Shown: positions 43,330-54,899 of the stretch, piece after piece | How positions within the stretch are numbered: position 1 is the first letter of the stretch | How the letters are laid out: each line of letters begins with the position of its first letter | Origin: Epithemia pelagica | Taxonomy: Eukaryota > Protista > Bacillariophyta | DNA: 64,000 nt | Assembly: GCA_946965045.2 (NCBI GenBank) | Contig: OX337230.1 | Span: 2,976,001 to 3,040,000 of the forward strand | Direction of reading: 5' to 3' | Translations under genes and position numbers: made by a program | Notes under the pieces: model-generated | What the model was told of the DNA's origin: nothing | The model's input: the letters and a program-made list of their open reading frames with translations, nothing else | The model's database searches: none

Positions 43330-46300
43330 TCATGCATCAACACCCTGGTTGTGATTGACAGGAGCGGGAGAAACGCTCACACGAGCACTTTGACTTTCTC
43401 CTGGCAACTCTTCCACAGTTGATGTTGGAAGGACTTGAGAATCGCATTCAGAGGCCGCTGTGTGTTCCTTCGAGCGCTCTTGTAGACTCTGGGCCTCCAG
43501 CGGAGCAAATTTCTCGGTCTCCATCGGTTCTTCCACAGAGTCATCACTGTCACTATCATCATCTAGCACTGCCCTTCGAAGGTTTTGAAGCTGCGATGAA
43601 TGAGGAGGATCGCTGTTTGTTTTCGATGTTGGAGATGCGTCGTTCTCTTTGGTTTGTTCTCCAATTAACTCGTTGTCCGGTTCCTCCTTCTCTGTGTCAC
43701 TCTTTTCGGACTCCTTGCGTCCGTTTTCTGAGCCTTGTGTTGCCGTGTCCTCTTTCCCGATGCTCTCACCATTGCCAATTTCCCCTTCTCCTATTGACTC
43801 GTCCTCCGAATCATCCTCAACGACCAGTTTGCGCTTCTTCTCCTGTGAAGTTTTCACAGCCGATACCTTGTTCACTGCGTTGGTATCATCTTCCTCATCA
43901 TCACTGCTGTCCTCTTCCAAGACAGTGCGACGTCGCTTAGAGTTCCCAGCAGAGCTGATGGTTTCAGTAACTGAACTGGAAGGAGGCGGTGCATCTTCAA
44001 ATTCCAGTTCTTCATTCTCATCATCATCGTCCTCATCATCCAAGCGTTGTGGTTTAGATCCTTTCAGCACATTGTTTTCACCATTCTCATCGCCCGAGTC
44101 CTCTCCTTCCTCAATCTGCTGTTGCAACTGATCCTTGAGGAGAAGCATTCGAAACTCTTCCGAAACATAGACATTGGAAACATCATCGCAATGACGCGCC
44201 ATATTGCCAAATCCTCGACGACGCGACGTCGGTCCCAGCAACAAGGCTTCCATCCACAACAATGGATTGCGCTGTACCGCTTGACTAAAGTCGTGGACCA
44301 GATTGGTCGCCCAGGGCACCAAGTTGGACTGATCTTGTTTGGGAAGGGTTTCCGACTGGGACAAGATGCGCTCCAAAATAACAAAGAGGGAATATTGGTA
44401 CAAAAGGGGTTGCAATGTCACGGTCGTGGATGGAAGCAACTTGGACCGAATGGCTTCATCCTCTTCTTCGTCTTCCTGTGGCGTTTGCAAGACTTGTTTC
44501 GCTACTCGATGTTTCAAAAAGGCCACGATACGGTGATTGGTCGTGACGCTGTTTTGTTCAAAGTGCTCCAACAATTCAATGTACATGCCAATCGAATGGG
44601 GACTGACCAGTCGTTTGCAAACATAGGCTTTGCAGTCAAAGTCCCGTGCGGCTTCGCAAATTTGTTGGACGGCCGCATCGTCCGTGGCCAGACGTTTGGT
44701 CCCCCCAAAGGCTGCCGTGGCATCGTCGAGCAATTTGAGTTGTCCATGGACCAATTCCACAAGATCAGCCACGTATTCGCGCGAGAGTTTGTCAGTTTCC
44801 CAATGCGACAATAAGCGCGGCAAACGGTCCAAGGGTTCGGAATTGTAGTACAATCGATCCAACAATCCGAGGGCAATGACTTGATCGGATTCGTCCTTGG
44901 AATGGAACAACCGTTGCAATAAGTGCAACAGTTCTACCCACACCGCCACGGGTGATCCCATTTTCTCGTACTGTTTGCGTTGCATGAAATCGTCCATGGA
45001 CCGAAAGATGAGATCTAAGGTGAAAATATCCATGGTGGAAAGCAAGGAACCAATGCAGCTGGTAGGCTGGTCTTTCTGTGATGATGACGTGACTGCTTGT
45101 TGTGGTTGCAGTCTCCACCAATGCGCAACGAACCAAATGAATTCCATGAACAAAATATTGTCGTCTTCTCCATTGAGTCGAACAGAATCCCGACGAAATT
45201 CTCCCTTGAGGGATTTGGCCATGGGCGCGTATCCGTCCTGAAAAAAGCGTTGCAAGAATTGATGCAGGGCCACTTGGGCGCGTTGCGCACTGGGACCTTG
45301 ACGTTGCATAAATGGAGGTTGACTGGACGAATGTCGAGAACTCCCTCCACTGGGCACAAAGGCCGATTTGCGTTGATGGCCTTGTTGCGACGACGCCGTG
45401 GATTGGGAAGTGGACGTTAAGGCTTGTTGCTCGGCCAAGAATTGGGTAGCACTCACGTATTTATGTTGAGTCGCTCCTTTGGACTTGTCGCCTCCTTTGT
45501 CGTTTTCTTTGCCTTGTGGACGGCGACTGCTGTTATTGGCACGGTTGAGTTGCAAGGTCCCACCAAAGTGGCTGTGACGCGTATGGGGTGTAACGGCGTA
45601 GCTCTTTCGTTCCCGTTGCATGCGCCCCAACAAGGACGACGACGAGGAGGACGAGATGGAAGCAGTGGAGGCCCCCGGACGTCCAACGGTAGTCACTGAG
45701 GATGGCCGTTGGCCCGTACGTGGAAGAGACACGGCCCGTGCGACAGCGGCAGGATGATAGGGTTTCCACAAGGCATGGAGCAATTCCAAAACGAGCAAGT
45801 TGTACGGAGCATTGTCGGGTTGTTCCAAATCTCCAGCCAAGACCAAAACAATGTCCAAGACCAATTCTTGATGCATGAGGGACACCAATTCATCGTGTAC
45901 TTGCAAATACTGCTCCTGTGCTTTTCCGGTGAGAAAGAGTGGCTGAGCCTTGAGCAAATAGATAAACAAGTACAAGACAAGTTCCATGACGGCATGATCT
46001 TGTTCGGTTCGTCGCAGTGGCCGACCGAGAGGCTCAGCCAAGAGAGAGACAAAAATCTTGAAGAGCGAGGGCCCCTCTTGATTGTGTTGCAAATGCTGAT
46101 GAGCTCGGCAAAATGCCTTTTTGTAGTCCATGAGCAAATTGGCTTGTTGAATGGCATTTTCCCGCAGCCATATCTGTTCCTGCAAAACCATTTGGTCATT
46201 TTGTTGCGAAATACTGCCGGCTGCAACACCACTCTTTTTGACTTTGGGATTAATCACCTGCTTTCCCAATCGCACCGTGTGTTCATGCAAGGGCTTGGTC

Positions 46301-46752
46301 AATATCACGAGAATCTTGCACAAGGTCAAGAGCAACGGTCGATCGTAGCGGCCACTGTACATGCAGAGAGGCAATAGTTTCTGGGGCAAGACATTCCATT
46401 GTCCCAGCAACAAAGAAATGGGGCGAATCATGTCATCGTCGCGACGCAAGGTGCGTTGCAAATCTTGCAACCAATTCAAACATTCGTGGACTGGCACAAA
46501 CTCGTTCGTGTTTGGGTCCACCGTACCAATCACACCACAAACCAGCAACAATTCGTCCACAATCTTCTTGTCCACCTTGGCTCGACGATGGACCGTGGCC
46601 GTCGCATCGTTGGGAGGACGGTGCGGCTGGATTCGACTATTCTTCTTCTTGTTCTTGTTGTTGCGGTTGTTGCCCATTGGGTGTTGTGTGGCAGCCAACG
46701 ACGAGGTGGCAACACTGGACGAGTTGGAAGGATTTATGGCAGTCGAAAGCAT
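43330..46752 (-). CDS. TIMELESS: TIMELESS/Tof1 replication-fork protection factor homolog
   Basis: N-terminal ECLNWLQDLQRTLRRDD...LGQWNVL.QKLLPL...KILVILTKP, then LKGEFRRDS and HRIVAFL, and an acidic C-terminal tail. Start choice (46752 vs 46677) uncertain. Confidence 0.75.
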   Translation of the reverse strand: MLSTAINPSNSSSVATSSLAATQHPMGNNRNNKNKKKNSRIQPHRPPNDATATVHRRAKVDKKIVDELLLVCGVIGTVDPNTNEFVPVHECLNWLQDLQRTLRRDDDMIRPISLLLGQWNVLPQKLLPLCMYSGRYDRPLLLTLCKILVILTKPLHEHTVRLGKQVINPKVKKSGVAAGSISQQNDQMVLQEQIWLRENAIQQANLLMDYKKAFCRAHQHLQHNQEGPSLFKIFVSLLAEPLGRPLRRTEQDHAVMELVLYLFIYLLKAQPLFLTGKAQEQYLQVHDELVSLMHQELVLDIVLVLAGDLEQPDNAPYNLLVLELLHALWKPYHPAAVARAVSLPRTGQRPSSVTTVGRPGASTASISSSSSSSLLGRMQRERKSYAVTPHTRHSHFGGTLQLNRANNSSRRPQGKENDKGGDKSKGATQHKYVSATQFLAEQQALTSTSQSTASSQQGHQRKSAFVPSGGSSRHSSSQPPFMQRQGPSAQRAQVALHQFLQRFFQDGYAPMAKSLKGEFRRDSVRLNGEDDNILFMEFIWFVAHWWRLQPQQAVTSSSQKDQPTSCIGSLLSTMDIFTLDLIFRSMDDFMQRKQYEKMGSPVAVWVELLHLLQRLFHSKDESDQVIALGLLDRLYYNSEPLDRLPRLLSHWETDKLSREYVADLVELVHGQLKLLDDATAAFGGTKRLATDDAAVQQICEAARDFDCKAYVCKRLVSPHSIGMYIELLEHFEQNSVTTNHRIVAFLKHRVAKQVLQTPQEDEEEDEAIRSKLLPSTTVTLQPLLYQYSLFVILERILSQSETLPKQDQSNLVPWATNLVHDFSQAVQRNPLLWMEALLLGPTSRRRGFGNMARHCDDVSNVYVSEEFRMLLLKDQLQQQIEEGEDSGDENGENNVLKGSKPQRLDDEDDDDENEELEFEDAPPPSSSVTETISSAGNSKRRRTVLEEDSSDDEEDDTNAVNKVSAVKTSQEKKRKLVVEDDSEDESIGEGEIGNGESIGKEDTATQGSENGRKESEKSDTEKEEPDNELIGEQTKENDASPTSKTNSDPPHSSQLQNLRRAVLDDDSDSDDSVEEPMETEKFAPLEAQSLQERSKEHTAASECDSQVLPTSTVEELPGESQSARVSVSPAPVNHNQGVDA

Positions 46753-47265
46753 CCTTGAACTGGAAACTCGACGACAACCAAGTATTAAACTTGTAAAGAC
46801 TGCCCTCAAGTGCACAACTGTTGTTTCTAAGGTTATTGGGTCCGTTCTCTTCTTCTTGTCTTCCTTTCTCTTCTTGTTGGAAGCAGATTGGTGCTGGTTG
46901 TATCTATGGACACCCAAAAAATGGCGCACACAAGTCGACCAGCGTGGCCTTGCGCGCCCAATGGTCCCTGATATTCGGCGCGAGAAACCGGCACGCGTGA
47001 CAGTTTCATCCACATCTACCCCTCTTCCTTTGGGAACTTCCCTTTTTTTCCTCTCGTGTACTCCTCTACCTAGAGGGATTCCGAGTCCGAGGCATTGTCC
47101 CACACAGGGAAGGAACGCTATGGCAGAAGGCACTGGACTCGATAGGATCGATCAATCGATAGACTACAGGCAGTCGATTGACATAAAGCGTGGCAGTAGA
47201 GAATATTCTATTCTTGTATGATAATAATCATAGCCTGGCATACTACACGCGTTTCTTTCATCTTT

Positions 47266-50200
47266 TTACGAGGGCGTGCCGACCGGTGGGGGCGTGTCCG
47301 ACAGCAAGAGAACAATAACAGTGATGTTGTCAGAGGATCCCAAATGGACGGCAAGTTCCGCTAACCGAGCCGCCGCTTCACGCGCAGGCCACTTTTTGAC
47401 AAATAACAAATCGCGAGTGACCCGCACCGCATCATCCAGATCCATTACATCCCACAATCCGTCACAGGCAAACAAAAAGAATTCTTCCGACACTTGACTA
47501 CTGGCACCTTCGCCGACCTTGAGTGTACGGAACTCGGGAATGTTACTAATGAGATCGCCCTGGAAGCACCGACTGTGATCTTCCGGGAAAGACAGGAACA
47601 GGGGAGAATCCCAGCTGGTCACCACGTTGTTGTTGGTGCTGCTGCTGCTGTTGTTGAAGGCGGCTTTAAAATCGCGGTCTCCTAGGGCTCGGCTAACGGC
47701 AAGCTCCCCGCACACTCGTGATATCTCGAGCACTCGTTGTGGCGCCGCAGCTCTGGGAGAACTCTCGTAACGGTCGGCGAAACAACGTTGCAGAATATCA
47801 AAGACATCCTTGTCTTGAAGATTAAGGCGGTGTAGTTGGGCAATCGGAATTTGCTTTTCATACGTGATCCATCCATTGGCCAAGTCGATTCGTCGCTGCT
47901 CGTCTTCTCGTGAAGGACTATGAGTTTCGCTCATTTCGATCCACAGACAATTGCGAGTAGTGCTTCCAGCGTCACTTTCTGGCAAGCGGCTCCATCCCTC
48001 TTGCTCTAATGAGTTCGATTCTGTTACGGTTTCAACAGAACGGCAGGCAACTGCCCGCGCATCGCCCAAGTTACCGACAACCAGGTGATTGTCCACCAAC
48101 GCTGCAAGTAAGGCAGTCGTCCCGGATTCCCATTCTCGTCCTTCTTTCACGCAAAGCTTACAAAAGTCGTCATCCAGTTTCTCGAGAGCACGGCGCATAA
48201 CATTCTCGACAAAGGAAGCTACGCTGGGGGCATCTTCTCCAGGGATGCCACGCAGGGACTCCTCCTCAAGGTAACTTGTCAGCCGCTCGGCAGAATATCG
48301 GGCAGCCTGGTCTCCCAAGTGACCGTCAAAAACACAAAAGAGACCAGGGGAATGATATTCGGTGTAGTTGTTCAAAAGTGACTGCTTGCCCTTGCCAAGC
48401 ACTTCTATCAGGTCGCCGGCCACAAGATATGAATCTTCATTCGAGTCACGGATACCACATTCCGACACTGCACCAATGTCCCACGTCATTTTTGCCGATG
48501 CCTTGTGGCGGTAACCAAACGGGTCCGTCCGTACCTCCCGTTTTAGCTTTGAAGCTTTTCTAGGAATGAACATTGAATCCATGATTGAACCTGTAACCAC
48601 TCTTGGATCGGCGCACCCTCCCAAATTCAAAAGCGATGGCTGGGTTGTGGAGCCACCGACGGGTTTCGTATTTCCAGCCGCAGACTGATTCATCGGTCTT
48701 GGGTTCGCCCCTGGAGATGGCTCACTTCTAGGCGGAGGGGCCGCTTTAGCCACCACTTTCCCGTTTTTTCGTAAATGTGGAGGTACGTAGGCACGAGAAG
48801 CCTTTGGTTGCTTGACACCGCTATCTTCCTGTTTCGTTTGTTGTTGCTGTTGTTGCCGCCGTTTATGAGGAGGAATGTACTTGCCTCCGCTGCTCCTCGG
48901 TTTGAGGAAAGGCATTGGTCGCTCAGTCTCGGGATAGATCGATGGAGGAGCCGCAAGTTCAGGCGTCAAGGAATCGTTTCGTTCCGAGTATGCTGGTTTG
49001 TCTGTTGCGGACGATTTCTCAGCATCTTCCAAAGATGCTGCGTCTTCCTCTTTCGTCGTTGCGGTCAAAGAAGGTGAGGTTTCGTGCTTAGACGAAGGTT
49101 TAACCGGCAAAATTAACTGTGACGGATTCAACGGTGATAAAAATGTCGGTGTTGTTGACTGAGACGACACAGAAACAGTAGCATCGGTTGACGACGAGGT
49201 GAGACGGTGTGGTATTGACTTATCCATAGGTAACCAGTTTAGACCATCATCCGACAGTTGTTTGATTCGACGGGGAGGCGTGATAACGGACTGACTGGTC
49301 GTAATGCTACGAGCGAGCGATGTTTCACCACGGCAATCGTTTTGTCGCCGTCTAAGAGAAAGGGCGCGTCCATGTCCATGTGACAGGGTGATATGGCGAG
49401 GACTTGGCATGGGAGCTCGAAAATTGGCTGGGAGCTCAAAAGGGGATCTAGCCGTTCGAATGAGATCCTCAACGAAGATAGCAATGGATCGATGGAACTG
49501 GAAGAGCCATTCTGCCATTTCATGTGTATTTCGTGCTTGCAAAATAAGCTTATCGACTGCGCTCTCGATGGAATATACAATTTCGTGTGAATCTGCTTCT
49601 TTCCCATCCCCATCAATATCGGAAGGAGGAGAGAGCAGCGCAAAACAATGTTGTCCGTACTCCGCTTCTGCACTACGTACAGCGCCGATTGACTGGACTT
49701 CGACTCGTTTTTCCCACAAATGGACTGGTTCATCCTCGTAAGTGTGGCTATTGTGTAAATTGGCAATAATCTTGCGGGGAACGGGAGACCGGGCAAGGCT
49801 GTCAATCGTCGGAGCGGACGGTGCTGTAGTGTTTGGTGGGGAGGTTCTTCCCATTGCCTTGTGAGTGGACGACGTGATACGTTCGGCTTTGGCTTGGGGT
49901 GATTCCCCATCCGCCTGGTTGCGATAGAAATACAATACTCCATCTTCCAGAATACAAAATTTGGAACGCCAAATGTGACCTTTCTCATCGTGGAAATCAA
50001 GTGGCTGTTCCTGGTGATGGCTTTCCAGCACTTCCGACTGGGCTCGCTGATAATGCGACGATCCGCTTTTGCCGTCAGCATTGTTTTCGTGGAAACTTTC
50101 GCCTAACGGGCGCCCTGTGTCCGGCATTTTTATTGGACTTGAACGATGTTTTCTTGGACTATTGGATGTTTCGCGGTGACGATGATGTAAAGTGGTCATC

Positions 50201-51015
50201 GATTCTTGACTTGATAACTGTGTGGCTACGGAGCCGTTCTTTACGAAGTATGTGGTTGTTGTTGATGGTGATAATGCTGCTTCTGATCTCTTAGTTTTTA
50301 TGGAAGGAGGACACGATGAGGACGAAGAGAGAATTCCAAAAAAGTCAGAAGCAAGTTTCAAAAACCTCTCCCTTCTTTGTTGATTTTCACGAATGGGTTT
50401 GTCTTCTGCTTCGTCATTTTGAAAAGAGTTTTGGGGTGACAACAAATGGGGAGTCGCTCTGTGAGAGATTTCTCGTTGTAATCTGTACTGTTTATTGGTC
50501 TTCGAAGACATGATGAACGTTTCGGGTTTGGGGGGAGGAGCGGTTATGTATTTTTGAACGCTTCCACTAACAGAGACGTCGCGATAACGTGGCAAAACGG
50601 CAGGTGTCTTGTGCTGAGGTAAAAAGGACGATAACTGGTTCGTCGTTCCAAGCGGAGTTGTATCGTTCTCATCATCGTAGTCACCGATTGTTGTTCTCAC
50701 ATTCAAGGAAGGGTACTGAGTTGTAGTAGTTGCCGTGAGTGGAAGGACAGGTAGGGAAGGGCCAAGCAAGTTCTCGCTGTCTTCATCCCAATCGGCTTCA
50801 AACATATCGTGGTGATCATCTCCATTATCTTGTGTGTAAGCTTGTTGCATGTTAGAGTGATCGATATTCGCTACTTCTTCGTCAACATGTCTTCTTTCTG
50901 AAGATTCGTTGTTGTGGCTGTGGTCAGAGTGATTGACCCGCCCAGCGACAGGATGGTTACTACGTTTCAGGAGATAGCCTGCATAATAAATTTTCGACAC
51001 CGTGTCACAACTCAC
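47266..51015 (-). CDS. PH-domain-containing PP2C (PPM) phosphatase; 5' end probably in an upstream exon
   Basis: PH-like GYLLKR...WRSKFCILEDGVLYFY...LQARNTHEMAEW. PP2C motifs NEDS, VFDGH, GTTA, NLGDARA, AVSRALGD, ACDGLWDV, GSSDNITV. Confidence 0.85.
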   Translation of the reverse strand: MSCDTVSKIYYAGYLLKRSNHPVAGRVNHSDHSHNNESSERRHVDEEVANIDHSNMQQAYTQDNGDDHHDMFEADWDEDSENLLGPSLPVLPLTATTTTQYPSLNVRTTIGDYDDENDTTPLGTTNQLSSFLPQHKTPAVLPRYRDVSVSGSVQKYITAPPPKPETFIMSSKTNKQYRLQREISHRATPHLLSPQNSFQNDEAEDKPIRENQQRRERFLKLASDFFGILSSSSSCPPSIKTKRSEAALSPSTTTTYFVKNGSVATQLSSQESMTTLHHRHRETSNSPRKHRSSPIKMPDTGRPLGESFHENNADGKSGSSHYQRAQSEVLESHHQEQPLDFHDEKGHIWRSKFCILEDGVLYFYRNQADGESPQAKAERITSSTHKAMGRTSPPNTTAPSAPTIDSLARSPVPRKIIANLHNSHTYEDEPVHLWEKRVEVQSIGAVRSAEAEYGQHCFALLSPPSDIDGDGKEADSHEIVYSIESAVDKLILQARNTHEMAEWLFQFHRSIAIFVEDLIRTARSPFELPANFRAPMPSPRHITLSHGHGRALSLRRRQNDCRGETSLARSITTSQSVITPPRRIKQLSDDGLNWLPMDKSIPHRLTSSSTDATVSVSSQSTTPTFLSPLNPSQLILPVKPSSKHETSPSLTATTKEEDAASLEDAEKSSATDKPAYSERNDSLTPELAAPPSIYPETERPMPFLKPRSSGGKYIPPHKRRQQQQQQTKQEDSGVKQPKASRAYVPPHLRKNGKVVAKAAPPPRSEPSPGANPRPMNQSAAGNTKPVGGSTTQPSLLNLGGCADPRVVTGSIMDSMFIPRKASKLKREVRTDPFGYRHKASAKMTWDIGAVSECGIRDSNEDSYLVAGDLIEVLGKGKQSLLNNYTEYHSPGLFCVFDGHLGDQAARYSAERLTSYLEEESLRGIPGEDAPSVASFVENVMRRALEKLDDDFCKLCVKEGREWESGTTALLAALVDNHLVVGNLGDARAVACRSVETVTESNSLEQEGWSRLPESDAGSTTRNCLWIEMSETHSPSREDEQRRIDLANGWITYEKQIPIAQLHRLNLQDKDVFDILQRCFADRYESSPRAAAPQRVLEISRVCGELAVSRALGDRDFKAAFNNSSSSTNNNVVTSWDSPLFLSFPEDHSRCFQGDLISNIPEFRTLKVGEGASSQVSEEFFLFACDGLWDVMDLDDAVRVTRDLLFVKKWPAREAAARLAELAVHLGSSDNITVIVLLLSDTPPPVGTPS

Positions 51016-52114
51016 TTGCCTATCAGAGCGAGAAATGAACCGAAATGATTAGTTGCGCCACCAATTTGACTTGAACCTGTGTTGTCGTTTCTCACCTTTG
51101 TAGATGGAGGAAGGAAGGGTATGCACCGAGCGACTGAGAAAGTTTTAGTTCATGTTTATCGGATTCTACCATCTCCTCCTGGGCTTGTCGAAAGAGACCC
51201 ATGTGATTTACTTGAGGTCTTATGTGGTTGGTCCCATCTTGGCAATGGTTTGAGGCGGCTTTCATCATCATCGTGAAAAATGATCTACGTCAACGCGGGG
51301 AGATCTGGGTTGAAGTCGTACACCTTCTCCTCTTGTCGTGATTGGTGATGATTGGTCGCAAATGCGGTGGTTGTGGTTGTGGTTGTGGTTGCCATGGAAA
51401 CTGGTACAGTGTGGGCCACAGTCTTTGTCGTTCTCATTTTGCTAGCAACGAGCCCCACTTGTCGCGCATCTCTGTGATGGATGGACGGACGGACGTGGCA
51501 TGGACAGACATCAGACCCACACCCCCAAGTAGTTAGCTGAGGTAGCTCAATCAGGCGCTCCTCCTGGCCTTAGCCTACTCCTACTCCTTTACGCATAGTA
51601 CTCCTACCTAGGCTGTCGATCCGTCAATCTGCGGTTGGTAGATGGGTGATTTGAGAAATGTTGGATGATTGGCAGCAGTGCAGAATTGGTCATTGTTCTC
51701 TCTGCAAGTTGCTGTTATGCTTTTTCTAACACACCGATGTAACAACTCCTCCGATTAACAAACGTGGCTGATTGGACTTCCGGTTTCCGACATGTCTTGT
51801 AGGTTGAAGGAAGCTCAAGAGTCTCTCTCTCTCTATTGTAGATCCTCTGGAGGGAATATTTCTAGGGCTGGAGAGGTGTAACAGGAGTAGATCATGAGTT
51901 TGGAACGATACATCACACAAGAAGCGAACAACGAGCGAATCCAAGCTGAGGCAGAGTACGAGCTATGTGAGATGTCCCTCTAGCTTATCACTCTCATCTC
52001 CTCCTTCTTCATGCTCCTCCTGTCGCATGGCCGCAGCGGATACTTGGGACTTGGGACTTTGAAAAATTAGAAATTATTCTTGGAAACCACGTCCTCTAGG
52101 AGCTAGGTTTCTAG

Positions 52115-52224
52115 TCGTGGCTTGGAGCTTGGAGTACGAGTAGGAGGTAGATGTAGTCCCTACGAGTACGAGTTACTCAGTACGAGTTACGATTAACAAG
52201 GGCGAGTACGAGGTACGAGTACCG
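52115..52224 (+). repeat. Repeat X copy 1 (110 bp, GAGTAC/TACGAG-rich)
   Basis: Matches 60874-60983 with 4 substitutions. Confidence 0.92.
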
Positions 52225-52449
52225 CACCGTACCCCTCAGGTCAAGAAGGGACCGACGGACGAACGACGAAGATGAATGACGTGTCCCTCAACGAGATTGC
52301 ACCTCCACGTCAGGATTGGTTGGGTGAAGTTGGAAGATACTTCCCCAACCAAATACAAAACGAACAAGAAGTTCATAAGTTGACGAAAGGAAGCAACTGC
52401 AGTGAATACACGGATCTGATCACCCAGTGTTTTGTTGTGGTTTTTTCTT
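52218..52449 (+). repeat. Terminal direct repeat A copy 1 (232 bp)
   Basis: Matches 60646-60874 except for a 3-bp CCC insertion. Confidence 0.95.
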
Positions 52450-52645
52450 TTGGCTTCTTTTTCCTCCCTGTCGACCGTGCCAACCACTCTTACGTCTTGT
52501 GTTCTTCTTTTTCACCATGAAGTTTGATTGGGTAGGGTCTTCGGAATCCTCGCCCTCTGTTGGGGTCGTCAGGTGAGTCTATTAGTGTTGCGATCGGGGG
52601 GGGGGGGGTGCCCTACGTTCGGGACCTCTCTACGGTATCCTTCGG

Positions 52646-54893
52646 ATGGATGAATCCGAGTTTGTGGGCTTATGTCGGGGCGTAATTGGGTCGGGGCAGC
52701 GAATCTGTCTCCGTCAGGATTGTACCATTGCCTCCCATACTTCCAAGAAGATGGCCTGGATGGCGTTAGCAGGGGAGGAATCCCATTGCATGTTTATTCG
52801 AGGCGCGAGCGGGAACGAAGCTGATTCTTCAAGCACCATATTCTCCTCTCCGGTTCTGCCTGGTTCCTACATTCAAGATGCGGAATGGTCCGAACTCAAA
52901 ACATCCCCAAGAAGTCTTGAAAGTTGGCAGGCCACATTCTCGGCACTTTGTGATACATTCATGTCTTCAGGACAGGATGCAATCGATGGACGAACGGTAG
53001 CTGATCTGCTTGAGACCACTAAATCTGAAATCAAGTTTGTGTTTACTCCGGCTCGAAAGAAGGTCAAGCTGCCTCCAATTCAGGACGACGAGATGGATGT
53101 TGATCGCAAGTTGTCCCCTTCGTCGTTGATGGGATCGTCCGTGTCCACTTCCTCTTTATCATTCCTAAAGGTTCCACATGAACTTGGGACGCAGCCTACA
53201 TCTGCGTTTAAGAACCTCACCCAAGGTGCTTGGAAGGACTTGCTTTCGAACGTGGCCGTACTGAAGGGAGCTGTCGAGGAAGAGCAATCAAAGCGTCGTG
53301 GAGTCCATTCTCGCGTTGATGAACAGTTGGACGAGATACACGTGAAGTTATCAGTCCTTCACGAGCTGTTAGGTGAGAGACCGGCTGCTTTTGGTACATT
53401 GTCGGCGTTTGGTCTGCTGGGTCAGTTGTCAGAGACGGTGGAGTCCATGAGTCAGACTGTTTTGGATATCAAACAGAAGGAATCGTCGGCGAGCGTCCAT
53501 CCAGAGGTCCACCAACGACTCTTGGTTTTGGAAGATCATGTTGACAATTTTTCGAGCGAAGTGGACAAGCTTTGCCGGAAGCAAATTGAACAGTTTTTTA
53601 CGAGTGGAGATTTTCGTAACCACTTCATCGATCCAACCATGAAACTGCTCTCGAGATCATCGTTAACAACAATGGATCCTGGTGGCAAATGGGATGGAGA
53701 GTTGTCGGATTTGAAGACCGGATTTGAAGACGCGGGTAGCCACCCTCGAAAATGTGGGACCTACAGGGACTCCGACTGCACCAACGATGGGTCAGACTCC
53801 CATGTTCGCCTGGGGAGCAGGTGCTGGTCGACCAGTGGTTGCTCCCCCGCCGACAGCAATCCACAGTGGATCTGGACCTGTTCCGTCTGTTGCTTTGGTC
53901 GCGCTGCAAGAAGAATTGAAGCAGCTAAAAGCAGACGTGAAGGACCTACAAGATCAGGCCAAATCAGATTCTATAATCGTCGGTTCTATTGTTTTCTCGT
54001 CGCGGAAATTTTGTGACTCATGGTTGTTGCTGCATGGTGCAGATGGGGACCCACACGTCTTCGTAGATGCTGTCTCCCTTCTCTCTTTGGCGACATCGGA
54101 CGCTAGTCTTGACGAAGGACACGCCGCTAACCAACGAGCGACGACGGCTAAGGTTAAGGACAAAACACCTTACCATACAGCCTTCATTGCTTCTTTTAAC
54201 TTGGAAGTCCCGCCTATACTGGGCAAGGGCAGCGATTCGTCGCTCACAACGAATTCGCGAGCCTTAGCTGGAGTACCCAAGTTTGTGGACTTCCACCCTC
54301 CTTCGGGTCGGGAAGGAATCCACCAGCGAATCTTGGACTACGTGAAGGATGGCCGTAAGACCATCGAACAGGCCATCGGAGAACTGTTTGCGTTTGGTTC
54401 CGAACCGTCCAGCGTGGCTAAAGAACTTTTGTTGTTGAGCAAAACGTTCTGGGACGACCTATGCCACTGGATGGTTCGGTACCACAGAGAAATAAAAGAA
54501 GAAAGTGATGCGAGTGAGAATGAAGTGTGGGTGCTAATATCGCACTGCGTTAGAGCAGTCTTTAAAAGTCTACGTGATGCGCGGGCCCCTGGTCGAGCTA
54601 CGAATACGGCGGGCGGTATGCTTTGGGGCACTCTACGAGCCCACGAGGTGATGCGCGAATACAGGGCTCATGAGTTCAGTGGGTATCCCAAGATTGCCCT
54701 CATACTGCATGAGCACCTAATTCGATTCTCCACCCCTCGATCGAAGTTTGATTCTCTTCAGCTCGAATTTTCGGAACGGTTGGAGAAGGTCCAACGTTCC
54801 ATAAACCAGGTAGTTGCTTCGACGAATAAGAAAAGTGGGGGAGGGAACAACAAGGCGGCAATAGGAGCGGACGCGAAAAACAAAGGAAACTGA
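52646..54893 (+). pseudogene. gag-like ORF1 of the YR element, frameshifted by a 13-bp tandem duplication
   Basis: ORFs 52646-54016 and 53724-54893 join in frame (745 codons) if one copy of CGGATTTGAAGAC (53706-18, 53719-31) is removed. N-terminal C-x10-C-x4-C-x4-H cluster and a coiled-coil-like middle. Confidence 0.75.
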
Positions 54894-54899
54894 CAAGCG

